A DNA stretch of 64,000 nt, from positions 1 through 64,000 of the forward strand of contig JAPDFW010000023.1 of assembly GCA_028826165.1 (NCBI GenBank). The letters run 5' to 3'. Every line of letters starts with the position of its first letter. Position 1 is the stretch's first letter. The notes below the pieces were generated by a model, which made no database searches, was not told where the DNA came from, and was given only the letters and a program-made list of their open reading frames with translations. Below, one piece after another: positions 34,901 to 52,300 of the stretch. The translations under genes and the position numbers were made by a program. This stretch comes from Anaeramoeba ignava BMAN. Lineage: Eukaryota > Protista > Anaeramoebae.

Positions 34901-37900
34901 ATTAAAAAATTTAATTTAATTCAAATTGAATTTATTTAATTTAATTGTAAATTGAATTTATTTATTTATTTAATTTAATTCAAAATTGAATTTTTTATTT
35001 ATTTAATTTAATTTAAATTGAATTTATTAATTTAATTGTAAATTGAATTTATTAATTTAATTGTAAATTGAATTTATTAATTTAATTGTAAATTGAATTT
35101 ATTAATTTAATTGTAAATTGAATTTATTAATTTAAAATTAAATTGCTTAATTCAAAATAAAAATAATAAAAATCAAAAAATAAATCAAAATGAAATTCAA
35201 TTGATTTTTGTGTTCAAATCAATTATAAAAAATTCAAATTAAATTGAAAATTTAAAAATTCAAATTCAAATTCAAATTCAAATTCAAATTCAAATTAAAT
35301 TCAAATTAAATCCAAATTAAATTCAAATTTAAATTCAAAATGAAAATGAAAATGAAAATGAAAAAAATGAAAATGAAATTAAATTATATTTAAAATAAAT
35401 TAAATTGTAAATGAAATTAAATGAAATTTGAATAAAATAATAAATAAAAATAAATAAATAATTATTCTAAAAATAAAAGAATTACAAAATAAAAATCAAA
35501 TCCAAAAAGAATATTTAATAAAATATATTTTATTAATAAATTTATTATTCTGATATTATATTTATTATATTATTTATTAATATAATATTGATAATAAATT
35601 TGATTTCATTATTATATTAATTTTGAATATATATTTTGATTTAATATTTATTATTGAAAATGTTTAAAATATAAATTGAATAAAATTTGATTTTTATTTT
35701 TGATTTATATTTATATAAATTGAAATAAAGTTGATAAAAATATTATTTATTTTGATTTATACTTTTAAAAATTTATTTTTATTTTTAAACATTTTATATT
35801 ATATATATTTTGAATTGATATTTATTATTATATATTTATTAATTATATATCCATTCATTATATTTATATAATATAATTAATATTCATTTTTATTTTTATT
35901 TTCATTTTCAAATTTATTTATTTTAATAATTAATAATAATAAATTTTGATTTATAATTAATTAATTAATTAATTCTAATATTTTTATTTTATTAATAATT
36001 CAATTATTATTTTCAAAATTTATTTTTATTTTATTAATTTTATTTTTGATTTTTCAAAATTTAATTTACACACAAAAATAAAATGAAAATAAAATAAATT
36101 ACAATTAAAAATATTTTATTTATTTAATTTATAAAATATAAAATATGAATTAAATTGAATTAAAATTAAATTAAATTGAAAATTAAAATGAAAATAGAAA
36201 TTAAATTGGAAAATGAATTTGAAATTGAAATTAAATTAAATTAAATTGAAAATGAAATAAATAAATAAATAAATAAATAGAAAAGAAGATAAAATATATA
36301 TTATATTTTAAAAATTGATTATTAATTCTAAATTAATAAAAAACAAAATTAAATTAAATTAAATTAAATTAAATTAAAATTAAAATAAATATTTATTTAT
36401 AAATATTTTAATTTACAAAATACTAAAAATATATATATCAAATATAAAAATAAATTTCAAAATTAAAAACATAAATTAAAAATAAAAATAAAAAATAAAT
36501 TAAATTATGAATAAATTATGAATAAATTATTATTAATCCCCTTATGCCCCTTCAACCCCAACCAATTTTAATTTCCTTTTATTTCCTTTATAAATTAACT
36601 ATAAATGAAATTGAATATAGATTTGAATTGAAATAAATATGAATTAAATGAAATTCTGTTTTAAATTAATTCAAAACATAATTCAATTTTGTTATATAAT
36701 TGAAGTGAAATAATTGTTTTATATTAAATCAAATAAAAAATATAATAAAATAACTTTATTCAATATTGATTTACTTTTTGTTCTGTTTTAATTCAAAATA
36801 ATTGAAAATCAAAATAAATCAATGAAAATCAAATAAAAATCAAATAAAATTGAAAAATAAGTGTTTGAACATAAATTCATTTTATTGATAAATAAATAAA
36901 ATGAAAACAAAATGTAATTTAATTTGATTTAATTGTAAATTGAATTAATTTTTGATTTAATTGTAAATTGAATTATTTATTTAATTTAATTGTAAATTGA
37001 ATTATATTTAATTGTAAATTGAATTTATTTAATTTAATTGTAAATTGAATTTATTTAATTTAATTGTAAATTGAATTTATTTATTAATTTAATTGTAAAT
37101 TGAATTGAATTTATTGAATTTAATTGTAAATTGAATTTATTTAATTTAATTGTAAATTGAATTACTTATTTAATTGTAAATTGAATTATTTATTTAATTT
37201 AATTGTAAATTGAATTCAAAATAAAAATAATAAGAAAAATCAAAATAAAAATCAGAAATGAATATTGATTGATTTTTTTTGTGTTTATTTATTATGTAAA
37301 GTTGATTGTAATCTAAATTGAAAATTAAATTAAATTCAATTTAAATTCAAATCAAATTAAATTCAAATTCAAATTCAAATTAAATTCAAATCAAATTCAA
37401 ATCAAATTCAAATTCAAATTAAATTCAAATCAAATTCAAATTAAATTCAAATCAAATTCAAATCAAATTCAAATTCAAATTAAATTCAAATTAAATTCAA
37501 ATCAAATTCAAATTCAAATAAAATTAAAATCAAATCAAATTAAAATCAAATTAAAATCAAATTCAAATTAAATTTAAATTCAAATTCAATTTAAAATCAA
37601 ATTCAAATTAAATTCAAATTAAATTCAAATTCAATTCAAATTAAATTCAAATTAAATTAAATCCAAATCAAATTAAATTAAATCCAAATTCAAATTCAAA
37701 TTCAAATCAAATTCAAATCAAAATCAAATCAAATCAAATTCAAATTCAAATCAAATCCAAATCAAATTCAAATTCAAATCTAAATTGAAAATGAAAATGA
37801 AAATGAAAATGGAAATTAAATTAGATTTAAAATAAATTAAATTGTAAATGAAATTAAAATGAAATTTTGAATAAAATAATAAATGAAAATAAATAAATAA

Positions 37901-40900
37901 TTATTCTAAAAAATATAAAAAGAATTACAAAATAAAAAATCAAATCTAAAAAAAAGAATATTTAATAAAATATATTTTTATTAATATATTTATTATTCTT
38001 ATATTATATTTATTATATTATTTATTAATATAATATTGATAATAAATTTGATTCCATTATTATATTAATTTTGAATATATATTTTGATTTAATATTTATT
38101 ATTGGAAAAATGTTTAAAATATATAAATTAGAATAAAATTTGATTTTTTTTGTTTTTGATTTATATTTATATAAATTGAAATAAAGTTGATAAAAATATT
38201 ATTTATTTTGATTTATACTTTTAAAAATTTATTTTTATTTTTAAACATTTTACATTATATATATTTGGATTGATATTTATTATTATATATTTATTAATTA
38301 TATATTCATTTATTATATTTATATAATATAATTAATATTCATTTTTATTTATTATTTTTCATTTCAAATTTATTTATTTTAATAATTAATAATAATAAAT
38401 TTTGATTTATAATTAATTAATTAATTAATTCTAATATTTTTATTTTATTAATAATTCAATTATTGATTTTCAAAATTTATTTTTATTTATTAATTTTATT
38501 TTTGATTTTTCAAAAATTCATTTACACATAAAATAAAATGAAAATAAAATAAATTACAATTAAAAATATTTTATTTATTTAATTTATAAAATATAAATTG
38601 AAATTGAAATTGAAAATTAAAATTTAAATTAAAATTTAAGTTGAAAATTGAATATAATTGAATTAATATTAAATTAATTATTATTTAATATTTTATATAT
38701 TAATTATTTTTGAATGAAAATTAAATTATTATTTATAAATATTATTTATATTTTTGATAAAGAATAATAAAATAATAAAATAATAAAGAAATAAAAATAA
38801 TTAAAAACAACTATCAATTTTATATTTATTTTTCTCCTTTTTAATTTATAATTTTATTTTCTCCATTTCAAAAATACTTTTTATCTTTTAAAAATACTTT
38901 TTATCTTTTCTATTTTTCTCCTTTTTAATTTATAATTTTATTTTCTCCATTTCAAAAATACTTTTTATCTTTTTATTAAATTAAATTAAATTAAATTAAA
39001 TTAAATTAAATTAAATTAAATTAAATTAAATTAAATTAAATTAAATTAAATTAAAACTTTTAATTGTATTTTTGATTAATTTAAATTCAAAATATCTTTT
39101 ATTTATTTATTTATTAATTTTTGTTACAAAATTTTCAATAAATTAATTTAAAATGAGATTAATGAATAAAGAATAAATCAAATAAATAAATCAAATAAAA
39201 TGAATAGATATATAAATAGTTATTAATAATAATAATGAATATAAATAGAATATTTATTTAATATTAATTAATTATTAATTTAAATTTAATTTCATTTATT
39301 TTATAATTCAAAATTAAATTCAAAATGAAAATGAAATTGAAATTGAAAATAAAATGAAATTATATTTAAAATAAATTAAATTGTAAAATGAAATAAAAAT
39401 GAAATTTTGAATAAAATAATAAATGAAAATAAATAAATAATTATTCTAAAAATATAAAAAGAATTACAAAATAAAAATCAAATCTAAAAAGAATATTTAA
39501 TAAAATACATTTTTATTAATATATTTATTATTCTTATATTATATTTATTATATTATTTATTAATATAATATTGATAATAAATTTGATTTAATTATTATAT
39601 TAATTTTGAATATATATTTTGATTTAATATTTATTATTGAAAAATGTTTAAAATATATAAAATTAGAATAAAATTTGATTTTTATTTTTGATTTATATTT
39701 ATATAAATTGAAATTAAGTTGATAAAAATATTATTTATTTTGATTTATACTTTTAAAAATTTATTTTTATTTTTAAACATTTTATATTATATATATTTTG
39801 AATTGATATTTATTATTACATACATATTTATTAATTATATATTCATTATTTATATTTATATAATATAATTAATATTCATTTTTATTTATTATTTTTCATT
39901 TCTGAATTGAAATAAATGTAAATTAAATATAATTATGTTGTAAATTAATTCAAAATATACTTCAATTTTGTTTTACAATTGAAGTGAAATATTTGTTTTA
40001 TATTAAATCAAACAAAAATATAATAAAATAACTTAATTCAAAATAGATTTACTTTTTGTTCTGTTTTAATTCAAAATAATTGAAAATCAAAATAAATCAA
40101 TGAAAATCAAATAAAAATCAAATAAAATTGAAAAATAAGTGTTTGAACATAAATTCGTTTTGTTAATAAATAAATAAAATGAAAACAAAATGTAGAATTT
40201 TTAATTTAATTGTAAATTGAATTTATTTATTTAATTTAATTGTAAATTGAATTATATTTATTTAATTTAATTGTAAATTGAATTATATTTATTTAATTTA
40301 ATTGTAAATTGAATTATTTATTTAATTTAATTGTAAATTGAATTAATTTATTTAATTTAATTGTAAATTGAATTATTTATTAATTTAATTGTAAATTGAA
40401 TTATTTATTTAATTTAATTGTAAATTGAATTTATTTATTAATTTAATTAAATTGAATTTAATTTATTTAATTTAATTTAATTGTAAATTGAATTTATTTA
40501 ATTTAATTGTAAATTGAATTTATTTAATTTAATTGTAAATTGAATTAATTTATTTAATTTAATTGTAAATTGAATTAATTTATTTAATTTAATTGTAAAT
40601 TGAATTTATTAATTTAATTGTAAATTGAATTATTTATTGATTTAATTGTAAATTGAATTATTTATTAATTTAATTGTAAATTGAATTATTTATTTAATTT
40701 AATTGTAAATTGAATTATTTATTTAATTTAATTGTAAATTGAATTATTTATTGATTTAATTGTAAATTGAATTATTTAATTTAATTGTAAATTGAATTAT
40801 TTAATTTAATTGTAAATTGAATTATTTATTTAATTTAATTGTAAATTGAATTATTTATTGATTTAATTGTAAATTGAATTATTTATTTAATTTAATTGTA

Positions 40901-43900
40901 AATTGAATTATTTAATTTAATTGTAAATTGAATTATTTATTTAATTTAATTGTAAATTGAATTATTTATTTAATTTAATTGTAAATTGAATTGAATTTAT
41001 TTTATTAAATTTGAATTTAATTTAATTGTAAATTGAATTATTTATTAATTTAATTTAATAAATTGAATTTATTTAATTTAATTAATTAAATTGAATTTAT
41101 TAATTTAATTGTAAATTGAATTTATTTATTAATTTAATTGTAAATTGAATTATTTGATTTAATTGTAAATTGAATTTAATTGAATTTAATTTAATTATAA
41201 AATTTTAATTTAATTTAATTTAAATTAAATTTGAATTTAATTTAATTGTAAATTGAATTTAATTTATTTAATTTGAATTGTAAATTGAATTTAAATTGAA
41301 TTTATTTAATTTAATTGTAAATTGAATTATATTTATTTAATTGTAAAATTGAATTAATTTAATTGTAAATTGAATTTAATTTATTTAATTGTAAATTGAA
41401 TGTAATTTAATTGTAAATTGAATTAATTTATTAATTTAATTGTAAATTGAATTATTTATTTAATTTAATTGTAAATTAAATTGAATTTATTTAATTTAAT
41501 TGTAAATTGAATTTATTTAATTTAATTGTAAATTGAATTTATTTAATTTAATTTAAAAATTGAATTTAATTTATTTATTTAATTGTAAATTGAATTAATT
41601 ATTTAATTTAATTTAAATTGAATTTAATTTATTTAATTTAATTGTAAAAATTGAATTATTTATTTAATTTAATTGTAAATTGAATTTATTTATTTAATTT
41701 AATTGTAAATTGAAATTGATTTAATTTATTTTAATTTAATTGTAAATTGAATTTATTTAATTTAATTGTAAAATTGAATTATTTATTTAATTTAATTGTA
41801 AATTGAATTTATTTAATTTAATTGTAAATTGAATTGAATTTATTTAATTTAATTGTAAATTGAATTTATTTAATTTAATTGTAAATTGAATTAATTTATT
41901 TAATTTAATTGTAAATTGAATTATTTATTTAATTTAATTGTAAATTGAATTATTTATTTAATTTAATTGTAAATTGAATTTATTTAATTTAATTGTAAAT
42001 TGAATTATTTAATTGATTTAATTGTAAATTGAATTTATTTTAATTTAATTGTAAATTGAATTTAATTTATTTAATTTAATTGTAAATTGAATTTAATTTA
42101 TTTAATTTAATTAAATTGAATTTAATTTATTTAATTTAATTGTAAATTGAATTATTTATTTAATTTAATTGTAAATTGAATTATTTATTTAATTTAATTG
42201 TAAATTGAATTAATTTATTTAATTTAATTGTAAATTGAATTATTTATTTAATTTAATTGTAAATTGAATTAATTTATTTAATTTAATTGTAAATTGAATT
42301 ATTTATTTAATTTAATTGTAAATTGAATTTATTTAATTTAATTGTAAATTGAATTGAATTTAATTTATTTAATTTAATTGTAAATTGAATTAATTTATTT
42401 AATTTAATTGTAAATTGAATTTAATTTATTTAATTTAATTGTAAATTGAATTTATTTAATTTAATTAATTTAAATTTATTGAATTTAATTTATTTAATTT
42501 AATTGTAAATTGAATTTAATTTATTTAATTTAATTGTAAATTGAATTTATTTAATTTAATTGTAAATTGAATTAATTGAATTTATTTAAATTTAATTGTA
42601 AATTGAATTTATTTAATTTAATTGTAAATTGAATTTATTTATTTAATTTAATTGTAAATTGAATTATTTATTAATTTAATTGTAAATTGAATTTAATTTA
42701 ATTTAATTGTAAATTGAATTAATTTATTTAATTTAATTGTAAATTGAATTATATTTATTTAATTTAATTGTAAATTGAATTATTTATTTAATTTAATTGT
42801 AAATTGAATTTATTTAATTTAATTGTAAATTGAATTTATTTATTAATTTAATTTAATTGTAAATTGAATTTATTTATTTAATTTAATTGTAAATTGAATT
42901 TATTTATTTAATTTAATTGTAAATTGAATTTATTTAATTTAATTGTAAATTGAATTTATTTATTTAATTTAATTGTAAATTGAATTCAAAATAAAAATAA
43001 TAAGAAAAATCAAAATAAAAATCAGAAATGAATATTGATTGATTTTTTTTGTGTTTATTTATTATGTAAAGTTGATTGTAATCTAAATTGAAAATTTAAA
43101 TGAATTCAAATTAAATTCAAAATTAAATCCAAATCAAATTCAAATTAAATTAAATTCAAATTAAATTAAAATCAAATTCAAATTCAAATTCAAATTCAAA
43201 TTCAAATTAAATTCAAAATCAAAATTCAAATCAAATTCAAATTCAAATTAAATTCAAATCAAATTAAATTCAAATTCAAATTCAAATTCAAATTAAATTC
43301 AAATTAAATTCAAATTAAATTCAAATCAAATCAAATTCAAATCCAAATTAAATTGAAAATGAAATTCAAAATGAAAATGAAATTAAATTATATTTAAAAT
43401 AAATTAAATTGTAAATGAAATTAAAATGAAATTTTGAATAAAATAATAAATGAAAATAAATAAATAATTATTCTAAAAAATATAAAAAGAATTACAAAAT
43501 AAAAATCAAATCCAAAAAGAATATTTAATAAAATATATTTTTATTAATATATTTATTATTCTGATATTATATTTATTATATTATTTATTAATATAATATT
43601 GATAATAAATTTGATTCCATTATTATATTAATTTTGAATATATATTTTGATTTAATATTTATTATTGAAAATGTTTAAAATATATAAATTAGAATAAAAT
43701 TTGATTTTTTTTTATTTTTTTTTTGATTTATATTTATATAAATTGAAATAAAGTTGATAAAAAAATATTATTTATTTTGATTTATACTTTTAAAAATTTA
43801 TTTTTATTTTTTAAACATTTTACATTATATATATTTTGGATTGATATTTATTATTACATATTTATTAATTATATATTCATTCATTATATTTATATAATAT

Positions 43901-46117
43901 AATTAATATTCATTTTTTATTTATTATTTTTCATTTCAAATTTATTTATTTTAATAATTAATAATAATAAATTTTGATTTATAATTAATTAATTAATTAA
44001 TTCTAATATTTTTTATTTTATTAATAATTCAATTATTATTTTCAAAATTTATTTTTATTTATTTTATTAATTTTATTTTTTTTGATTTTTTTCAAAATTC
44101 ATTTACACACAAAATAAAATGAAAATAAAATAAATTACAATTAAAAATATTTATTAAATTGTTTACAAAATATAAATTGAAATTGAAAATGAAAATTAAA
44201 ATTAAATTAAATTTTAAGTTGAAAATTGAATATAATTGAATTAATATTAATATTAATTATTATTTAATATTTTATAGATTAATTATTTTTTTGAAATGAA
44301 AATTAAATTATTATTTATAAATATTATTTATATTTTTGATAAAAGAATAATAAAATAATAAAATAATAAAATAATAAAGAAATAAAAATAATTAAAACAA
44401 TTATCAATTTTATATTTATTTTTTTTCTCCTTTTATTTTTTATATTTTTCTCCATTTCAAAAATACTTTTTATCTTTTTTAAAAATACTTTTTATTTTTC
44501 ATTTTTTATCTTTTTAATTTATAATTTTATTTTCTCCATTTTCAAAAAATACTTTTATCTTTAAATTAAATTAAATTAAATTAAATTAAATTAAATTAAA
44601 CAACTTTTAATTGTATTTTTGATTAATTTAAATTCAAAATATCTTTTATTTATTTATTTATTTATTTTTGTTACAAAATTTTCAATAAATTAATTTAAAA
44701 TGAGATTAATGAATAAATAAAGAATAAATCAAAATAAATAAAATCAAATAAAATGAATAGATATATAAATAGTTATTAATAATAATGAATATAAATAGAA
44801 TATTTATTTAATATTAATTAATTATTAATTTTATTTAATTTCATTTATTTTATAATTCAAATTTAAATTGAAATGAAAATGAAATGAAAATGAAAATGAA
44901 ATTAAATTATATTTAAAAATAAATTAAATTGTAAATGAAATTAAAATGAAATTTTGAATAAAATAATAAATGAAAATAAATAAATAATTATTCTAAAAAA
45001 TATAAAAAGAATTACAAAATAAAAAATCAAATCCAAAAAAAAGAATATTTAATAAAATATATTTTTATTAATATATTTATTATTCTGATATTATATTTAT
45101 TATATTATTTATTAATATAATATTGATAATAAATTTGATTCCATTATTATATTAATTTTGAATATATATTTTGATTTAATATTTATTATTGAAAAATGTT
45201 TAAAATATATAAATTAGAATAAAATTTGATTTTTTTTATTTTTTTTTTGATTTATATTTATATAAATTGAAATAAAGTTGATAAAAAAAATATTATTTAT
45301 TTTGATTTATACTTTTAAAAATTTATTTTTATTTTTTAAACATTTTATATTATATATATTTTGAATTGATATTTATTATTATATATTTATTAATTATATA
45401 TTCATTCATTATATTTATATAATATAATTAATATTCATTTTTTATTTATTATTTTTCATTTCAAATTTATTTATTTTAATAATTAATAATAATAAATTTT
45501 GATTTATAATTAATTAATTAATTAATTCTAATATTTTTTATTTTATTAATAATTCAATTATTATTTTCAAAATTTATTTTTTATTTATTTTATTAATTTT
45601 ATTTTTTTTTGATTTTTTCAAAATTCATTTACACACAAAATAAAATGAAAATAAAATAAATTACAATTAAAAATATTTTATTTATTTAATTTATAAAATA
45701 TAAAATATGAATTAAATTGAATTAAAATTAAATTAAATTGAAAATTAAAATGAAAATAGAAATTAAATTGTAAAATGAAATTGAAATTGAAAATTAAATT
45801 AAATTAAATTGAAAATGAAATTGCAAATAAATAAATAAATAAATAGAAGAAGAAGAAAAAGAAGATAAAATATATATTATATTTTAAAAATTGATTATTA
45901 ATTCTAAATTAATAAAAAACAAAATTAAATTAAATTAAATTAAATTAAATTAAATTAAATTAAAATAAATATTTATTTATAAATATTTTAATTTACAAAA
46001 TACTAAAAATATATATATCAAATATAAAAATAAATTTCAAAATTAAAAACATAAATTAAAAATAAAAATAAAAAATAAATTAAATTATGAATAAATTATG
46101 AATAAATTATTATTAAT

Positions 46118-46144
46118 CCCCTTATGCCCCTTCAACCCAACCCC
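46118..46144 (-). other. Putative G-quadruplex / i-motif box CCCCTTATGCCCCTTCAACCCAACCCC (same at ~48997, ~58880; variants at ~33157, ~36538)
   Basis: Four tracts of 3-4 G on the minus strand with 2-5-nt loops. Confidence 0.65.
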
Positions 46145-49100
46145 ATTTTAATTTCCTTTTTATTTCCTTTATAAATTAACTATAAATGAAATTGAACATA
46201 AATTTGAATTGAAATAAATGTAAATTAAATGAAATTATGTTGTAAATTAATTCAAAACATACTTCAATTTTGTTTTACAATTGAAGTGAAATAATTGTTT
46301 TATATTAAATCAAATAAAAAATATAATAAAATAACTTAATTCAAATATTGATTTACTTTTTGTTCTGTTTTAATTCAAAATAAATAAAAATCAAAATAAA
46401 TCAATGAAAATCAAATAAAATTGAAATAAAATTGAAAAATAAGTGTTTGAACATAAATTCGTTTTATTGATAAATAAATAAAATGAAAACAAAATGTAAT
46501 TTATTTAATTTAATTGTAAATTGAATTGAATTTATTTAATTTAATTGTAAATTGAATTTATTTTTAATTTAATTGTAAATTGAATTATTTATTTATTGAT
46601 TTAATTGTAAATTGAATTTATTTAATTTAATTGTAAATTGAATTATTTATTTAATTTAATTGTAAATTGAATTATTTATTTAATTTAATTGTAAATTGAA
46701 TTTATTTATTTAATTTAATTGTAAATTGAATTAAATTATTTATTTAATTTAATTGTAAATTGAATTAATTTATTTAATTTAATTGTAAATTGAATTAATT
46801 TATTTAATTTAATTGTAAATTGAATTTATTTATTAATTTAATTAATTTAAAATTATTTATTTAATTGTAAATTGAATTATTTATTTATTTAATTTAATTG
46901 TAAATTGAATTTATTTATTTAATTTAATTGTAAATTGAATTATATTTATTTAATTTAATTGTAAATTGAATTTATTTTTAATTTAATTGTAAAATTGAAT
47001 TTATTTATTTAATTTAATTGTAAAATTGAATTTGAATTTAATTTAATTTAAATTTTATTTATTTAAAATTGAATTATTTGTAAATTTAATTAATTTAATT
47101 TGAATTTAATTGTAAATTGAATTTATTTAATTTAATTGTAAATTGAATTAAATTTATTTATTTAATTTAATTGTAAATTGAAATTTAATTTAATTAATTG
47201 AAATTATTAAAAATCAAGAATTGTAAATTATTAATTTTTTAAAATTTATTTATTAATTTAATTGTAAATTGAATTATTTATTTAATTTAATTGTAAATTG
47301 AATTATATTTATTTAATTTAATTGTAAATTGAATTATTTTTTATTTAATTTAATTAAATTTAATTGAATTTTAATTTAATTTAATTGTAAATTGAATTAT
47401 TTATTTAATTGTAAATTGAATTTATTTAATTTAATTGTAAATTGAATTAATTATTTATTTAATTTAATTGTAAATTGAATTAAAAAAAAATTTATTTTAA
47501 ATAATAAAAAAAAATAAAAATAAAAATCAAAATAAAAATCAGAAATGAATATTGATTGATTTTTTTTGTGTTTATTTATTATGTAAAGTTGATTGTAATC
47601 TAAATTGAAAATTTAAATTAATTCAAATTCAAATCAAATTAAATTCAAATTCAAATTCAAATTAAATTCAAATTCAAATTCAAATCAAATTCAAATTCAA
47701 ATCAAATTCAAATCAAAATTAAATTCAAATTAAATTGAAATTAAATTGAAAATGAAATTGAAATTGAAAATGAAAATGAAATTAAATTATATTTAAAATA
47801 AATTAAATTGTAAATGAAATTAAAATGAAATTTTGAATAAAATAATAAATGAAAATAAATAAATAATTATTCTAAAAAATATAAAAAGAATTACAAAATA
47901 AAAATCAAATCCAAAAAAAAAGAATATTTAATAAAATATATTTTTATTAATATATTTATTATTCTGATATTATATTTATTATATTATTTATTAATATAAT
48001 ATTGATAATAAATTTGATTTCATTATTATATTAATTTTGAATATATATTTTGATTTAATATTTATTATTGAAAAATGTTTAAAATATATAAATTAGAATA
48101 AAATTTGATTTTTTTTTATTTTTTTTTGATTTATATTTATATAAATTGAAATAAAGTTGATAAAAAAAATATTATTTATTTTGATTTATACTTTTAAAAA
48201 TTTATTTTTATTTTTTAAACATTTTACATTATATATATTTTGAATTGATATTTATTATTATATATTTATTAATTATATATTCATTCATTATATTTATATA
48301 ATATAATTAATATTCATTTTTTATTTATTATTTTTCATTTCAAATTTATTTATTTTAATAATTAATAATAATAAATTTCGATTTATAATTAATTAATTAA
48401 TTAATTCTAATATTTTTTATTTTATTAATAATTCAATTATTATTTTCAAAATTTATTTTTTATTTATTTTATTAATTTTATTTTTTTTGATTTTTTCAAA
48501 ATTCATTTACACACAAAATAAAATGAAAATAAAATAAATTACAATTAAAAATATTTTATTTATTTAATTTATAAAATATAAAATATGAATTAAATTGAAT
48601 TAAAATTAAATTAAATTGAAAATTAAAAATGAAAATAGAAATTAAATTGTAAAATGAAATTGAAATTGAAAATTAAATTAAATTAAATTGAAAATGAAAT
48701 TGCAAATAAATAAATAAATAAATAGAAGAAGAAGAAGAAAAAGAAGATAAAATATATATTATATTTTAAAAATTGATTATTAATTCTAAATTAATAAAAA
48801 ACAAAATTAAATTAAATTAAATTAAATTAAAATTAAAATTAAAATAAATATTTATTTATAAATATTTTAATTTACAAAATACTAAAAATATATATATCAA
48901 ATATAAAAATAAATTTCAAAATTAAAAACATAAATTAAAAATAAAAATAAAAAATAAATTAAATTATGAATAAATTATGAATAAATTATTATTAATCCCC
49001 TTATGCCCCTTCAACCCAACCCCATTTTAATTTACTTTTTATTTCCTTTATAAATTAACTATAATTAAAATTGAACATAAATTTGAATTGAAATAAATGT

Positions 49101-49369
49101 GAATTAAATGTAATTATGTTGTAAATTAATTCAAAATATACTTCAATTTTGTTTTACAATTGAAGTGAAATAATTGTTTTATATTAAATCAAATAAAAAT
49201 ATAATAAAATAACTTAATTCAAAATAGATTTACTTTTTGTTCTGTTTTAATTCAAAATAAATGAAAATCAAAATAAATCAATGAAAATCAAATAAAAATC
49301 AAATAAAATTGAAAAATAAGTGTTTGAACATAAATTCGTTTTATTGATAAATAAATAAAATGAAAACAA

Positions 49370-52300
49370 AATGTAATTTAATTGTAAATTGAATTGTTAT
49401 TTAATTGTAAATTGAATTGTATTTAATTGTAAATTGAATTAATTGTAATTTAATTGTAAATTGAATTATATTTATTAATTTAATTGTAAATTGAATTTAT
49501 TTATTTATTTTTAATTTAATTGTAAATTGAATTAATTTATTAATTTAATTGTAAATTGAATTTATTGAATTTAATTGTAAATTGAATTAATTATTTAATT
49601 TAATTGTAAATTGAATTATATTTATTTAATTTAATTGTAAATTGAATTTAATTTATTAATTTAATTGTAAATTGAATTTAATTTATTAATTTAATTGTAA
49701 ATTGAATTTATTTAATTTAATTGTAAATTGAATTATTTATTAATTTAATTGTAAATTGAATTATTTATTTAATTTAATTGTAAATTGAATTTATTTAATT
49801 TAATTGTAAATTGAATTATTTATTAATTTAATTGTAAATTGAATTATTTATTTAATTTAATTGTAAATTGAATTATTTATTAATTTAATTGTAAATTGAA
49901 TTATTTATTAATTTAATTGTAAATTGAATTATTTATTAATTTAATTGTAAATTGAATTATTTATTAATTTAATTGTAAATTGAATTTATTTAATTTAATT
50001 GTAAATTGAATTTAATTTATTTAATTTAATTGTAAATTGAATTTAATTTATTTAATTTAATTGTAAATTGAATTATTTATTTAATTTAATTGTAAATTGA
50101 ATTTATTTAATTTAATTTAATTGTAAATTGAATTTATTTTTAATTTAATTGTAAATTGAATTAATTAATTTAATTGTAAATTGAATTTAATTTAATTGTA
50201 AATTGAATTTAATTTAATTTAATTGTAAATTGAATTTAATTTAATTGTAAATTGAATTTAATTTAATTGTAAATTGAATTTAATTTAATTGTAAATTGAA
50301 TTTAATTTAATTGTAAATTGAATTTAATTTAATTGTAAATTGAATTTAATTTAATTGTAAATTGAATTTAATTTAATTGTAAATTGAATTTAATTTAATT
50401 GTAAATTGAATTGAATTTAATTTATTGAATTTAATTTAATTGTAAATTGAATTATTTATTTAATTTAATTGTAAATTGAATTAATTTATTTTTAATTTAA
50501 TTGTAAATTGAATTAATTTATTTAATTTAATTGTAAATTGAATTTATTTTTAATTTAATTGTAAATTGAATTTATTTTTAATTTAATTGTAAATTGAATT
50601 TATTTATTTAATTTAATTGTAAATTGAATTTATTTAATTTAATTGTAAATTGAATTTGAATTATTAATTTAATTGTAAAATTGAATTTATTATTAATTTA
50701 ATTGTAAATTGAATTTATTATTAATTTAATTGTAAATTGAATTTATTATTAATTTAATTGTAAATTGAATTTATTATTAATTTAATTGTAAATTGAATTT
50801 ATTATTAATTTAATTGTAAATTGAATTTATTATTAATTTAATTGTAAATTGAATGTAATTTAATTTAATTGTAAATTGAATTATTTATTTAATTTAATTG
50901 TAAATTGAATTATTTATTTAATTTAATTGTAAATTGAATTATTTAATTTAATTGTAAATTGAATTATTTATTTAATTTAATTGTAAATTGAATTATTTAT
51001 TTAATTTAATTGTAAAATTGAATTAATTATTTAATTTATTTAATTTAATTGTAAATTGAATTTATTTATTAATTTAATTGTAAATTGAATTTAATTTATT
51101 TAATTTAATTGTAAATTGAATTAATTTATTTTAATTTAATTGTAAATTGAATTTATTTATTAATTTAATTGTAAATTGAATTATTTATTTTAATTTAATT
51201 GTAAATTGAATTATTTATTTAATTTAATTGTAAATTGAATTATTTATTTAATTTAATTGTAAATTGAATTATATTTATTTAAAAATAATAAATTAATTTA
51301 ATTTTATTTTATTGTAAATTAAAATTAATTTATTTAATTTAATTTAATTGTAAATTGAATTTATTTATTTAATTTAATTGTAAATTGAATTATTTATTTA
51401 ATTTAATTGTAAATTGAATTATTTATTAAATTTAATTGTATATTGAATTGAATTTATTTAATTTAATTGTAAATTGAATTATTTATTAATTTAATTGTAA
51501 ATTGAATTATTTATTGATTTAATTGTAAATTGAATTATTTATTTAATTTAATTGTAAATTGAATTTATTTAATTTAATTTAATTGTAAATTGAATTAATT
51601 TATTTAATTTAATTGTAAATTGAATTTATTTATTTAATTTAATTGTAAATTGAATTATTTATTTAATTTAATTGTAAATTGAATTATATTTATTTAATTT
51701 AATTGTAAATTGAATTATTTATTTAATTTAATTGTAAATTGAATTTATTTATTAATTTAATTGTAAATTGAATTAATTTATTAATTTAATTGTAAATTGA
51801 ATTAATTTATTAATTTAATTTAATTGTAAATTGAATTATTTATTTAATTTAATTGTAAATTGAATTATTTATTTAATTTAATTGTAAATTGAATTAATTA
51901 TTTATTTAATTTAATTGTAAATTGAATGAATTTAATTGTAAATTAAATTGAATTTATTTAATTTAATTGTAAATTGAATTTAATTTATTTAATTTAATTG
52001 TAAATTGAATTTAATTTAATTTAATTGTAAATTGAATTATTTATTTAATTTAATTGTAAATTGAATTATTTATTTAATTTAATTGTAAATTGAATTTATT
52101 TATTTAATTTAATTGTAAATTGAATTTATTTATTTAATTTAATTGTAAATTGAATTATTTATTTAATTTAATTGTAAATTGAATTGTATTTATTTAATTT
52201 AATTGTAAATTGAATTTATTTTATTGATTTAATTGTAAATTGAATTTATTTATTGATTTAATTGTAAATTGAATTTATTTATTGATTTAATTGTAAATTG